From Octopus bimaculoides (Eukaryota): a stretch of DNA of 64,000 bases. This document shows, piece after piece, positions 21,834-33,306 of the stretch (positions are counted from its first letter, which is position 1; each line of letters begins with the position of its first letter). Position numbers and translations under genes: made by a program. Location: positions 6,619,561 through 6,683,560 of the forward strand of contig NC_068991.1 in the NCBI RefSeq assembly GCF_001194135.2, in the 5' to 3' direction. A model generated the notes under the pieces. That model made no database searches, was not told where the DNA came from, and worked only from the letters and a program-made list of their open reading frames with translations.

Positions 21834-24800
21834 AACACACTCAGTATATATATATAAAACTAAAGAGAAAAAAAATAAAAATAAAAATTTAGAACAACAA
21901 AAACAATGAACATTTGACATCTCAACAATGACAACATGTTATTGAGCCATTCCTAGTCTGGTGCCATTGCTTTTACTGCTAACTAGAAAGCTTGTTAAAA
22001 TATGCTAAACTGTTATTTTGCTTTTTAATATCAAGTGGTCTGTGGAATTTGGATGTGATAAAAATTGCTGCTTGAAATTTATAGCAATAATTTTAAATTT
22101 AAATATCTGAAGCATAGCTATAGACATAGCACTAGTTTATGATTTTTATGATCCTAATTTCTGGACAGACTTTTACAAAGGAGATGGGTACATTTAAAAT
22201 TTTTTAAATCATTCTCTTTTCAATCCAAAACTTTTATAATATTTTATGTTTATATATATATTTTTTAGTTTAGTAATGAAATATATCTGAACAAATATAT
22301 TATGTATAAAAATAACAAAAACTAATTTCCATTCATATTCTATGGGGCTTATTAATTAACACTAATAATTCAAAAATTACACGAGATATTTCTGCTAAAT
22401 GAATTATTTGGTGTCGTTTTATCGTGTCAACAGAAAACTGATTTAAAGACTACTTTCCAAAATAAAGCAAGCAGCATAACTTCTTTTTTTTTTATGACCA
22501 TAACACATTTAAAAATATATTTTTATGAAGAAATAAAGCCAAACCATTAGTTTTTTAATGTTTTTGAGAGCTACAACCATTTTTTTTTTCTTTCATATTA
22601 ATGAAATTTAAAATTCTAGTTTTACATTGTATTAACAGATTAAGTTTTACCTAAATATTCTGGATATAAAACAAATCGATAGATTCCATAAATTAAACAA
22701 TAATTTTCTATAGAAGGAAAAACAATGGCAAGCCAACTGAATGGTATTTTTTTTTTTGTGTGGCACCAAGCTAAGTTAGCATGCTATCTACATCCATTAA
22801 CACAGCAGCAGCAGACACCAAGTTACCTGCTTGTCAAGTCCAATGGCACTCTGTGTAACAAAAGACACTAGTTATACACTGACTTACTGCAGAGACAGCA
22901 AATAAAGTGGTAGCACCAAGTAGGACTTACTAAACAAGCAATAAAACAGTTTAAAAACCTTAAATATATCATACTGGCTAATATAATTTTAAAAAATAAC
23001 ATTTTAATTATATTACTTGTGCAGGGCTGAGATAAGGTCTTAAAATTGGAACGAGGATGATTCATAATTTGAATCAGAGCTCCAACTACAATGCAATCAT
23101 TTGTTTTTAAATATCAGAAAATATAAAAGCATATATATATGTATGTATGTATATAGCCTACAAATTATACAGTTGGGCAAAGAAAATATTGATACACATA
23201 TGGACAAATAAATATTTAGTCTATAAATCAACATCCTATAAAACTATCAACAATTTAATAGATATTTTAAAATGTTAATACATAATAGAGTCAGATTGTT
23301 CTGTGTAGTGAGAATACCGTTGGACAATGTCACGGTTAAATGGATACAACATACAGAGAGACAATGGTATGTGACTGTCCCAGTACAAATCACAAAGGAT
23401 TTTGGTGAACCAGCCATCTTATATTGGCAGTATGACCAACAGAACAGTAGTATTTCATTACATGGAATCACTATATTCTCAGAATTGTAGAACTGAGAAT
23501 TCATTTAAACTATAATAAAACTTTCAAGATAACCTGTGCTGTTTTTAAGTTATAGAGGCATTTTGTTTAAATTAAAAATAACTATAATAGTGATTTTTAA
23601 CATCAGCACAAGGTCACAACTCTCCGCCAGTGGGAGACAGTAGAGACATGCTATTAAATACCACAAGGCATTTTGTTCAGTGCTCTACTGATTCCATCAC
23701 ATTTTGTCTTTACTAAGATAAAAAAAAGAAAACAAAAATCTGTTCATAGTTCCTAAAGCTGTTTAATGAAACCATTTAAGTGTAATCATTTTAGCCAGTG
23801 TGAAAAGAAACTAAGATATAAACAAAAACAAAATTGTCATAATCTTTCATATACATTAAAACAAAATTGAACAAGAGTTGTGCAATTTTCAATAGAGTAA
23901 AAAAAGAAAAAGAAAAAAAGCTACACTAGCTCAAGTGATAGTCAACAGCAGTGAACACAGTAACCTAAATATAATTAAGGTTACACACAGCAAATTACTT
24001 TTCGAATTCTCAGCATGGAATTTTCATTAATTTTATGTTGATGAGATGGAAATGGTACGAATCAGTTTAAAACAATGAGCTCACATTTCAATTTAGGCTC
24101 TTGAAGATATTATTAGAATATTACTATTGACTGCTTTTAACTCCACAGAATATAAAATATATAGGGACAGCTTGAGGTAACTAAACTGAAATTACAGTAG
24201 GTTAACTATTTTACTAATAAATACATGAGATTGTCCCACCACCACTCGCAGCAACCCTCCCAACCCAAAACCTACATACATTACAGGAAAGAATATAATC
24301 TAAAAACTTATTTTATAATTTATTTTTTGTAGAATATATCAATATTTTAATGCGATAATTCTTGTAGAGCTGCAAATCTATGAAAAATTATTTACGTTAC
24401 TTCTAACATATTCTGAACTTAAACATTTAAAGTCCATAAATTAGTCTTTTGAAATCACATGCTAAGAGTTTAGCAACCTAACTGTGTCACCCCAACCTCA
24501 GGCATTCAAGTAAAAAAAATAAATAAAATAAAAATAAAAATAATAATTAGATACAAAGACTAAGTAAACAAGTTCAATAATTAATCTGTATTGCAGATTT
24601 GTATTCCAGATATTTACTACCATAGATTGGTGGCTGCATAATTAATAATGTGTTTATAAACAAGATATATCCATTTGTTATATGTTTCGCAACCAACATT
24701 TTAAAATTTAAGTTTTTTAATCTATTTTGTATATCTTAATCGTATGCCTTTGACAAAATCAAAATTGATGTAAGTTAAGAAATTGGGTGCCTTTTCTCTT

Positions 24801-24982
24801 TTTTCACGAACAGAAATTGTTATCAAGTCTCCAAATCCAATTCCATAAAAATGTAAATTCCATCAGTTGCCATACACACACGCATCCAGCCCTATACACA
24901 ATGGTAGGAACTATGTGTGTAAAAAGAAGTAAAAAAAGAGAAATATAAACTGTTTAGAATTAAAAGTAATAATAATACTTAC

Positions 24983-25060
24983 AGGTACTTCTTCTTTTGA
25001 TAAGAAGTTCTCTTGTTGGTTGAGTAGTACCTCACCTTGTTTAGCATCCCTGAGGAACAT
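24983..25060 (-). CDS. beta-Spec: Exon 22 (start of repeat 9): MFLRDAKQGEVLLNQQENFLSKEEVP
   Basis: 78 nt, AG/GTAAGT, phase 0-0. Confidence 0.95.
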
Positions 25061-25884
25061 CTATCATTAAAAAAAAAAAAAAAAAAGTTGTACAATCAGT
25101 TAAAAAAGAAAATCCAGTGAGATGAAATAAATCTATAAAAATTATAACTCATACTGGTAAAAATACCTTAAATTCCTTGCCAATCTTGCTTTTTCTTTGA
25201 CGCCCCATAATGAATACAGAATATTTAACCCGAATACATGCTATGAGTAAAACAAGTGATGGAATGAAATGCTTATCAAAGACTCCAAAACTTGGCAACG
25301 AAAACGAGGCTGTAATGATTACAAAACATGTAAGATTTCAGGCAAGGGTTATCACAGAACAGCTGGGTACAGAATTGGCAGCGATTGATGCTTAAAGCAG
25401 AATGCTAAAGTCTTTTTCTGAGTAGTGCATTCCTTAGAATTTTTAACTATTAAATTAAGAAATAAAACTAATTTAAATAGAAAATTACTCTTGAGTAATG
25501 ATATATAAAACAATAATGTAACAGCTAATTATGATTGTTAACGATAAAGAGCACAATAGTTGCTTACTACTGCTGAATTAGAGTAGAGTAATAAAAATGG
25601 CAATGTAAGAAACAGGTTCACTTATCAAGAGGAATTTAAAAAGACCCAAATTTTTCTTTATTTCAGATTATAATTTTTTGGACTTTTAACCTTTCTTTAG
25701 AGATAAACACCCATTTGTTGGATTAATGTTCATTTATCCATTACTAGTATAGGATGGGTGGGGAAATATCCGAGAGGATCTTATGGCAAGATGCTCTTTC
25801 TATTGCAAATAGTTACAGGTTTTCCAAGCAAGGGATTTTTTTAATTCCACACCTTTGAAAGAAAGCATAGAGTAATTAGTCCTA

Positions 25885-26010
25885 AAGGGATAGGTGCAGC
25901 GACAAGTGAAGCTGTGGAATGTGACCATTCAATGCAAATTTACACATAAGCAGAATAGGCTTCTTACAGTTTCCATCTACCAAATTCACTTGTCAGCTCA
26001 CACAGCAATA
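25885..26010 (-). mobile_element. Family A degraded copy (reverse)
   Basis: agtttccatctaccaaattcact core. Confidence 0.5.
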
Positions 26011-26878
26011 CCTACTACCATAAAAAGTAGCTTTAGTATTAATTACTTTTTCAATGATCAAACCACAAATTTACTAGAATGAAGTTTCCAGATTTTCAAG
26101 CTAGTTCTTCAATTAAATGGGTCTTATACTTTTCTTAAATGTGAATGACTCATCCACCAAATTTACCATGGGTACAAAAGTAAGATGAACAGTAAATTAA
26201 ATACAATATAATACTTAATATCACACTATAACAATATGCAGTGTACTATCAACAATAAATGTGGCTTATTAATCACACTATATTTGCTTCTCATATCACA
26301 ATTATGTAAACTATAATGTTCTTTTAAAAATCACAACTGGATGATTCTACAGAACAATACCTATAGTGCATAAAACTATTGAAGCCTGTTTTCCTATCAA
26401 TTCAAACCATAAAAATTCAGACTTTCATATTAGGGAAAGGTAAAAAAAAAAAAAAGGGGTTCATCAGAGTTACTGTATTTGATGAAAAAAAAAAAAAGGA
26501 ACACAGGCTTGTTAGATACACCCCAATTGCAGCAGTGCATATTCAAAGAAAAAGGTTTAAATTACATTAAAGCTGATGGGAAGTCTAGTTTTGCACATAG
26601 GACCAAGGATGATTTTTTTTTTTGCAACAATTATTTTAGAGAGAAGAGAGCTGCCATCAAATAAAATGGTTTTTTACAGCTTTGGATATTGATTTCATGA
26701 AACTTGTACAACTGCAATGCAATCCTTAAGGCTCCCCGTCATGCTTATCTCCATTTGAAATAGAGATAAGCATGATAAGGTGGGCCTCTTTGATGAGTTT
26801 TTTTTATTTGAGCATTAAATAGTTCATATTCAAATATTCCCTGTTCCTGAAGATCAAAGAGATAAACAAAATTCTTAC

Positions 26879-26968
26879 TTGCAAGTTGAGACTCTGAGAA
26901 AGAAGCTGCTGTCTATTCTCCCACATCTGTAACAATTCCTGCCAGCCGCCATCAAGTGCTTGAAGACG
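26879..26968 (-). CDS. beta-Spec: Exon 21: RLQALDGGWQELLQMWENRQQLLSQSLNLQ
   Basis: 90 nt, AG/GTAAG, phase 0-0. Confidence 0.96.
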
Positions 26969-27322
26969 CTAGAAATAAAAAAAAAGTTATCAAAATTTAG
27001 TATTCTGGTATCTAATAATTACCTTGAAATTGAAGCAAAAACTTGTTTCTATATTAAATGGAATAATTTGCTAAAATTCCTCACTGAATTTACCAATTTG
27101 TAATATATTTTGAAAATATTCTTTAGTTAACCTATTTAACAAAAACAAAGCTTTTAGCAAGCTAATCAACTAATTGATTTTATGATTAAGCTTTAGTTTC
27201 CTACGCACCAACAATACCTTCAAAGACACAATTTCCTACTCTTTCTTACTTGGTTAAAAAAAGAAAAAAAATCTATGCCAATTAAGAATTTCTTACAATA
27301 CAAACCAAAACTGGAAACGCAC

Positions 27323-27598
27323 CTGTCGCAGAAACATATACTGTGGATCATCCTGGCCCTCAGTAACTTTATCACCAAACTCTTTCATCTTAGCATATTC
27401 TGGGGCATAAGCATCAATTTCATCTTTAAGCTGTTGGTGTTGATTTAATAATTTCTCAGCATCAGCCAGATTGTTGGGAATGTCTTCTGATGCCACAGTT
27501 GTCTGAGTACGAGATAACCATTGCTGGAAATGGTCGAGGTTACCAAGGAAGCGTTGCAATTCTCCGGCTTCACCAAGTTTTTCATCCCTGTCTTTGAG
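27323..27598 (-). CDS. beta-Spec: Exon 20: LKDRDEKLGEAGELQRFL...DPQYMFLRQ
   Basis: 276 nt, AG/GTGCG, phase 0-0. Confidence 0.96.
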
Positions 27599-27833
27599 CT
27601 ATTAAATAAACAATTTATGATATTTTCTTAAATTAATATCCAAACATTTGAGTAAAAACCTCATTAAATTTTTTTTTATCAATTTACCATAATAAATGTT
27701 AGAAGCATGCGAGGAGGTTATTTGAATTCCATTTAAATGGAATTTGAATTTAGCAATAGCTTGAGACAAAAAATACTTCCTTTCTGGGGGCTTGTAAAGA
27801 AAAATGTAACATAGGCTCAAAATATATAATTAC

Positions 27834-27950
27834 CATTTCTTTGAGATCCATCCATACATTGCTGATGTCATTGATCTTTTCACGAATAGCCTGGGCTTCT
27901 TCAGGTTTGGTTTCTTGTAGTCTGTCTGCTTCCACTTGCAACGATTCAAC
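27834..27950 (-). CDS. beta-Spec: Exon 19: [18 protein letters not shown]...WMDLKEM
   Basis: 117 nt, AG/GTAAT, phase 0-0. Confidence 0.95.
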
Positions 27951-28066
27951 CTGGAAACATAAAGAAATTTAACATAAACAGCAACAGTTAAGAAAAAAAA
28001 AAGACCATAAAAGACACAAAACAAAAGATACAAGATGGAAAACAAAGTGTTAAAGAGATAAGTTAC

Positions 28067-28195
28067 CTTGGCTTGTATGGCAGCAAGGTCTCGTTCCATA
28101 CCACTGAGCCGTCTCTGTAGTGTCATAACACCAGCTAAATCATTGCCAAGTTCTTCAGTTGATTCGATAATTTTCACCTTTTCATTTATCCAGCC
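28067..28195 (-). CDS. beta-Spec: Exon 18: [43 protein letters not shown]
   Basis: 129 nt, AG/GTAAC, phase 0-0. Confidence 0.97.
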
Positions 28196-28431
28196 CTAGA
28201 GTAATAAACAAAATAAAATTTCAACTAAGCACATTACATAGAAAAGAAATAAATCTTTTTCTTTAACAGAAAGTTCAAAAGTTTAGTGGTTGCTTTTAAC
28301 AATAAAGATATCCGAGATATTGGTTTTTTTGATAATGTCTTAGATTTCAAAAAATAAATTACACTTTAATACAGTAAATGAAAGATGCAAAAAATAATCA
28401 TTAAAATTGGTAGAAAGGGTCAGTTACTTAC

Positions 28432-28731
28432 AATAGTCTCATTGCATTCAATGTGGAAGTTCTGCAACCCATGAGCTAAATGTATTTCCTCCCTCTTCTG
28501 GTCAACCAGCGACCTCAAGGTGTTCCATTCTTGGTTCAGCTGATTTTGTCGAGCAATGACATCAGCAGCATTAGGATGTTCAACTTGGAGCAACTGCCGA
28601 GCCAGCTGGTTCACCACTGCAACCTTGGATGCCGTAGAGTTCATTTCATGTTCGAAACTTTCAAAGCGATGTTTGACAATAGCAAGTTCTTCAATATCAT
28701 CCGTAATAACAATTGTTGCAAGGAATTTCTC
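28432..28731 (-). CDS. beta-Spec: Exon 17: EKFLATIVITDDIEE...HIECNETI
   Basis: 300 nt, AG/GTAAG, phase 0-0. Confidence 0.96.
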
Positions 28732-29318
28732 CTGTAAAATAAAATATAATTGTTATATTCCCTAGAATTAACTGCAACTGACATTATAATATAAAATTAG
28801 TCACCAAGTCCTTTCTTTTAAAAGTTAATTTCAAAATATGCTAAAAAATAAAATATCTAACAATTGTAAGAGAAATAGATTTTCTAAATTACAACTAATA
28901 AAAATGTTAACCCAAATTTCTAAATTATATGACTACTTTGAATAAGGAAGCGTCTTTTTGTAAACTATGAATTCAAGCCTCTTACTGGGTGAAAAAAAAA
29001 AGTGCAGGATGCTACTGTTTAGATGAATATGGAATAGAATACTTACCAATTCTGTTCTAAAGATTCTGTGAAGGTCAACCTTATGAGGTCTAATTAAAAA
29101 TATTTATCCCAAGTATTTCTTCTACCATATGAAACTATTGCTGTCTTGCAATACTAATGTGGTGCATCATATATACCCAACAACCACAATTCCTAGTCTA
29201 TCCTTGACAATTTATTACAAAAAATGTAACTGTATGTTAGGGATGTAACATATTTTCTCATTCAAGAGATACTTTAAACAGCATTTAAAAATGAATAAGC
29301 TCAGTAGCAAGAACTTAC

Positions 29319-29483
29319 CTTCTCATCAATCCAAGTCTGCACACCATCTGCTTCATTGAAAAGTTTATAGAGAGAGAGGGCATCAAGCAACCGCTGCTTG
29401 CGAAGTTTGGCAAGCTCCAATAGTTCTTGGTAACGGCGATCAATGCTACCTAATCGACTCTGTACGTCATCAGACTCTCGGTC
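29319..29483 (-). CDS. beta-Spec: Exon 16: DRESDDVQSRLGSIDRRYQELL...QTWIDEK
   Basis: 165 nt, AG/GTAAG, phase 0-0. Confidence 0.96.
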
Positions 29484-29749
29484 CTGTTAATTAGAAGAGA
29501 CAAAGTTGTAAAAGACAAAAAAAAAAAAGCTTCAAAATACACAGAATACTTCACGCTCATATCAAAGCTCACCACGGTGGAATATTTAGGGTTATGGTAT
29601 AAAGACACCATTGCTTGTAAGCTTCATAACCTTTCAAGCATCGCTGGTATTCCTGAATTTGAGTCAAGTACAAAATATGCCTGACTCCATTTACGAATTC
29701 TAGATTAAAACATATAACAAAATATGATAGGTGATTCATTAAAATATAG

Positions 29750-30100
29750 GTGCAGGCACAGCTGTGTGGTAAGACGTTTGCCTCCCAATCACATGGTTCT
29801 GGGTTCAGTCTCATTGCGCGATACCTTGAGCAAGGGTCTTCTACTATAGCCCCAGGCTGACCAAAATCTTGTGAATAACTTTGGTAGATGGAAACTGAAA
29901 GAAGCTCCTCATTTACATATGTGTATGTTTGTGTGTCCCCCATCACCGCCAGACAAGCAGTTTGCCAGGCCAGAAGAGATCAATGGAATCAGTACCAAGC
30001 TAAAAATAAGTACTGGGGTCGATTCATTTGAAATTCTTCAAGGCAGTGCCCCAACATGGTCACAGTCTAATGACTGAAACAAATAAAAAGATAAAAGATA
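29750..30100 (+). mobile_element. Family A near full-length copy
   Basis: Head, core and aagtactggggtcgatt...gtgccccaacatgg...aataaaaagataaaagata tail. Confidence 0.8.
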
Positions 30101-30109
30101 TGCCTGTCA

Positions 30110-30262
30110 TTATCATCATTCAACATCCATTTTCTATGCTGGCATGGGTTGGATGGTTTGACAATATCTGGAGCGCTGCAGGGCGGCACTGAGCTCCAAT
30201 GTTAGCTTTTGTATGGTTTCTACAGGTGGATGTCCTTCCTAATGCCAACCACTTTGTATACT
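30110..30262 (-). mobile_element. Family B copy (reverse)
   Basis: gctggcatgggttggatggtttgac...ttcctaatgccaaccac. Confidence 0.75.
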
Positions 30263-30331
30263 GGCTTTCATAATCATTCAAGACATAAACAGAAAAGCTG
30301 ATGTAGTTTCTGGTATATTCTGAATACTTAC

Positions 30332-30409
30332 TTGTTCTCCAAGGTTAGTTGCTTGTTCATGGAGACTTTCAATGACACTCTGGTAGTTTTTGAGCTCATC
30401 TGTAACATC
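30332..30409 (-). CDS. beta-Spec: Exon 15: DVTDELKNYQSVIESLHEQATNLGEQ
   Basis: 78 nt, AG/GTAAG, phase 0-0. Confidence 0.94.
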
Positions 30410-30786
30410 CTACAAACAAACAGTAACGGATTAATTATTATGAAGTATAATGACAACATAGGTGTTAAGATGAAATAAATCTTAGCCATGTAAATTCAAA
30501 ACTGAAATATCTATCATAAGAAGTGCAATGAACCAAGACCTCAATTAGGGAGTTTTAATTTGGGTTCCACTAATTACTCATTCTTTGATTCTCTATTGTA
30601 AGAGTAATTTCAATTTGCATTCACACTTCATTTAAAACTGTTGACAGATGTTCTGTACTAAATCCTCCATTAGTTACCAAAAAATATAAGCTTTAACTTG
30701 TAAGCTGTAACACCAAATATATTTACAAAACATAAATGATAAGTAGAGAGGAAGAGAGAGAGATGACAAGGAGGTTCAATTTTTAC

Positions 30787-30903
30787 CTTGTGTTTCTTAA
30801 GCAGAGATTGTACACTGGCCTCATCACGTCCGACATCTTCACTGGACACGATACGGAAAGTATCCAACATCCAGATATCAATGTCATCAGCGTCAGCAAA
30901 GAA
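30787..30903 (-). CDS. beta-Spec: Exon 14: FFADADDIDIWMLD...SLLKKHK
   Basis: 117 nt, AG/GTAAA, phase 0-0. Confidence 0.96.
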
Positions 30904-31495
30904 CTGAGAAAAAAAAGAAAAGACAAAAAAAAAGATTAAAAAAAAAAAAAAAATCTCCATTCATCAGAGAACATTGAACATATAAATCATCATAGTAGAA
31001 GTTACAATATATTCATTCAGGTAAGTATGATTTTATCTCATTAAAACATATGGATTACAACAGGTGAATTGCATTTAGCGACTAAGTTGTAGCTAAGCAT
31101 ATCAGAACAGAGATATATATATTTTATTAAATATCGTAAAAATATAATTCATAAAGATCAATTATATAATGGAACCAAACAATATATTATGGACTTAACA
31201 CTAAATTTGCCCCAAACAAAGATTCTGTCTGGAGAAATTTGTCCAGCTGCATCTCCATTTTTTAAAACTTCTCATATAATTATTACATCTTACTATTTCA
31301 TTAATGTTTCTCTAATATCTAATAACCAATTTAATGTTAATAATAAGAGAAAAATAATTATGTTTAATGAATAAGATCTATGAATCCCTATTAGTGTACT
31401 AAGGTAAAACAAGATTTCATGGAGAACTGAGCTGTATAAAGAAAAGGTAATTTGATTACAAAGGCAAAATATTATAAATACTTTGATGTATTTAC

Positions 31496-31696
31496 CTGAT
31501 AGTAATCAACAGCCTCATTGAGTCTGCGTTTGCGATATGCTGCCAGGTCAATCAAACTCTCCCACTGCTGGTTAATCTCATCTATGCGTTCTTGGATCTT
31601 GTCTGCACCGAAATTTCCGGCAGAAATGAGATCATTGCCAACTTGGATGACTGACTGCAAGTGTGAGTGTCTGGCTGTCATTTCATCTTCCAGTGC
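31496..31696 (-). CDS. beta-Spec: Exon 13: ALEDEMTARHSHLQ...EAVDYYQ
   Basis: 201 nt, AAG acceptor, GTAAA donor, phase 0-0. Confidence 0.95.
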
Positions 31697-31721
31697 CTTA
31701 AAGAAATGGTAAAGAAGCATT

Positions 31722-31852
31722 NNNNNNNNNNNNNNNNNNNNNNNNNNNNNNNNNNNNNNNNNNNNNNNNNNNNNNNNNNNNNNNNNNNNNNNNNNNNNNN
31801 NNNNNNNNNNNNNNNNNNNNNNNNNNNNNNNNNNNNNNNNNNNNNNNNNNNN
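31722..31852. other. Assembly gap (131 N) within intron 12
   Basis: N run; the protein is continuous across it (NKHK|ALEDE). Confidence 0.97.
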
Positions 31853-31855
31853 TAC

Positions 31856-32103
31856 TTTATGTTTATTCAGTAGGAGATGTACACTAGTTAAATCATGTCC
31901 CAGATCAGGAGAAGACATCAACTGCTCTTTCTCTTTCACCCAGCCTTCCTCGTCTGCCATATCCCAGTAGAACTGCCATAATTTACGTGACTCTTCAAGG
32001 CGAGCCCTGCGTTCAGCTGACAGTTGTTTAAGTTCAGTGAAAGCTGTCTCAAGTGTTGACATTCTTTCCACAATAACTTCTGGTTTGCAGGGCCTGTACT
32101 CCG
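31856..32103 (-). CDS. beta-Spec: Exon 12: (A)EYRPCKPEVIVERM...LLLNKHK
   Basis: 248 nt, AG acceptor; GTA donor runs into an N gap; phase 1 to 0. Confidence 0.95.
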
Positions 32104-32314
32104 CTGAAATCACAAAGGGAAAAAAAATCAAAAATTAAGTTTCTAATATAAAACTGAGCGATCAACTTTACAACTTTTTCAATAAAGAAACAAAAAAATC
32201 AGCTGTAAAATATTAACTGACAGACTACCTCTAATCTAATGGAAAAGTGAATGTTAAATAGTGATGATGATGATGATGATGAGGGTACTTTATTTACAAA
32301 TGTTATGTTCCTAC

Positions 32315-32480
32315 CTCCAACATCTACGAAGTCACCTTCAGCAAATCTTTGAGCCTGGGAATTTACAGTCTTGACTCTGTCTCCGACTACATTAATGTCA
32401 GCCTCCAACAAACTGTGCTTTTGCAACAAGTCTTCGACTCCCATCAGATGTTTACCATAGTCTGAAGACATAAGTCGGGC
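32315..32480 (-). CDS. beta-Spec: Exon 11: ARLMSSDYGKHLMGVEDLLQKH...GDFVDVG
   Basis: 166 nt, AG/GTAGG, phase 0 to 1. Confidence 0.95.
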
Positions 32481-32586
32481 CTAACAAAAGAAATCAGCAA
32501 TAAATTAGCAAAAATCATTTTCAAGTGAAAAGGGATAAAAAAATATTTCCAAATTAAGATTTCAAATAAAATACTAATTATAAATA

Positions 32587-32700
32587 GGAGAGTATGTGGT
32601 TTAGTGATAAGGGTCTTGTACTTGTGATCCTAAGATTGTGGTTAGGGTTAGGGTTAGGGCAAAACACTTCATTTCACTCCACTGTGAGTGAGTTCCAACT
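32587..32700 (+). mobile_element. tRNA-head-like SINE remnant interrupted by (TTAGGG)3
   Basis: Aligns by eye with the copy at 44273 on both sides of the telomeric tract. Confidence 0.55.
32642..32659 (+). repeat. Interstitial telomeric repeat (TTAGGG)3
   Basis: ggttagggttagggttagggc. Confidence 0.9.
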
Positions 32701-32829
32701 ATAGCTGAGAACTTAATGGACTGGTATCCTGTTCAGGTTGGTATAATCCCAGTAACATATTCCATGGAAACTGAGTCAAGCTCTGGCTTTATGAGTCCTG
32801 GGGCTCATGACAGAACTAATATAAATAAG

Positions 32830-32945
32830 TCAGTGAGTCGGCCAAGTTGTTAGAATATCAAAACAGAAAATACCTTGTGGTATTTGTTCAAATCCCACTT
32901 TAGTCAACTTTGCCTTTCACCCATTCAAGATTGATAAATGCAGGA
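32830..32945 (+). mobile_element. Family C SINE-like repeat
   Basis: gttcaaat...gtcaactttgcctttca...gataaa, opposite orientation to the 40900 copy. Confidence 0.6.
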
Positions 32946-33306
32946 GCACTCCAAGGTGGAAAATTAGTGAAATTGTTAGTTTGGATGAAATGCTTTGTGG
33001 TACATATTACGAGTCTTTGCATCATGAGTTCACATTCCAGTTAAGTGCTGATGGCTAATGATAATCACTTGACCACATGAACACTCTATCCAACTTACAA
33101 TTGGCCAGTGGGGATAGGCTGGCCTACAACCAGCAGTGGATTGAAAATGGATAATGGAACTAATGCAATAAACACTGGCCCAATAACCAAGAAGCAAAAT
33201 ATGAGATGGAACCTTACTGTAAACATACAATTTATAGTTTTCAATGAAATTCTTGAAACCTTTAAAAGACAATGTAGAGTTTATTGGATTTTGTAAGTGT
33301 ATTTAC

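Noticed and set aside
23247-23504. Overlapping 72-aa and 85-aa ORFs in intron 22
   Set aside because: No recognisable domain, splice signals or codon pattern; expected by chance.
25031-25036. Cryptic AAG|GTGAG donor inside exon 22
   Set aside because: Its use would shift frame, and the downstream GTAAGT donor restores the conserved peptide; no evidence of use.
31472-32131. 219-aa ORF as a single exon
   Set aside because: It is exons 12 and 13 joined through an N-filled phase-0 intron.
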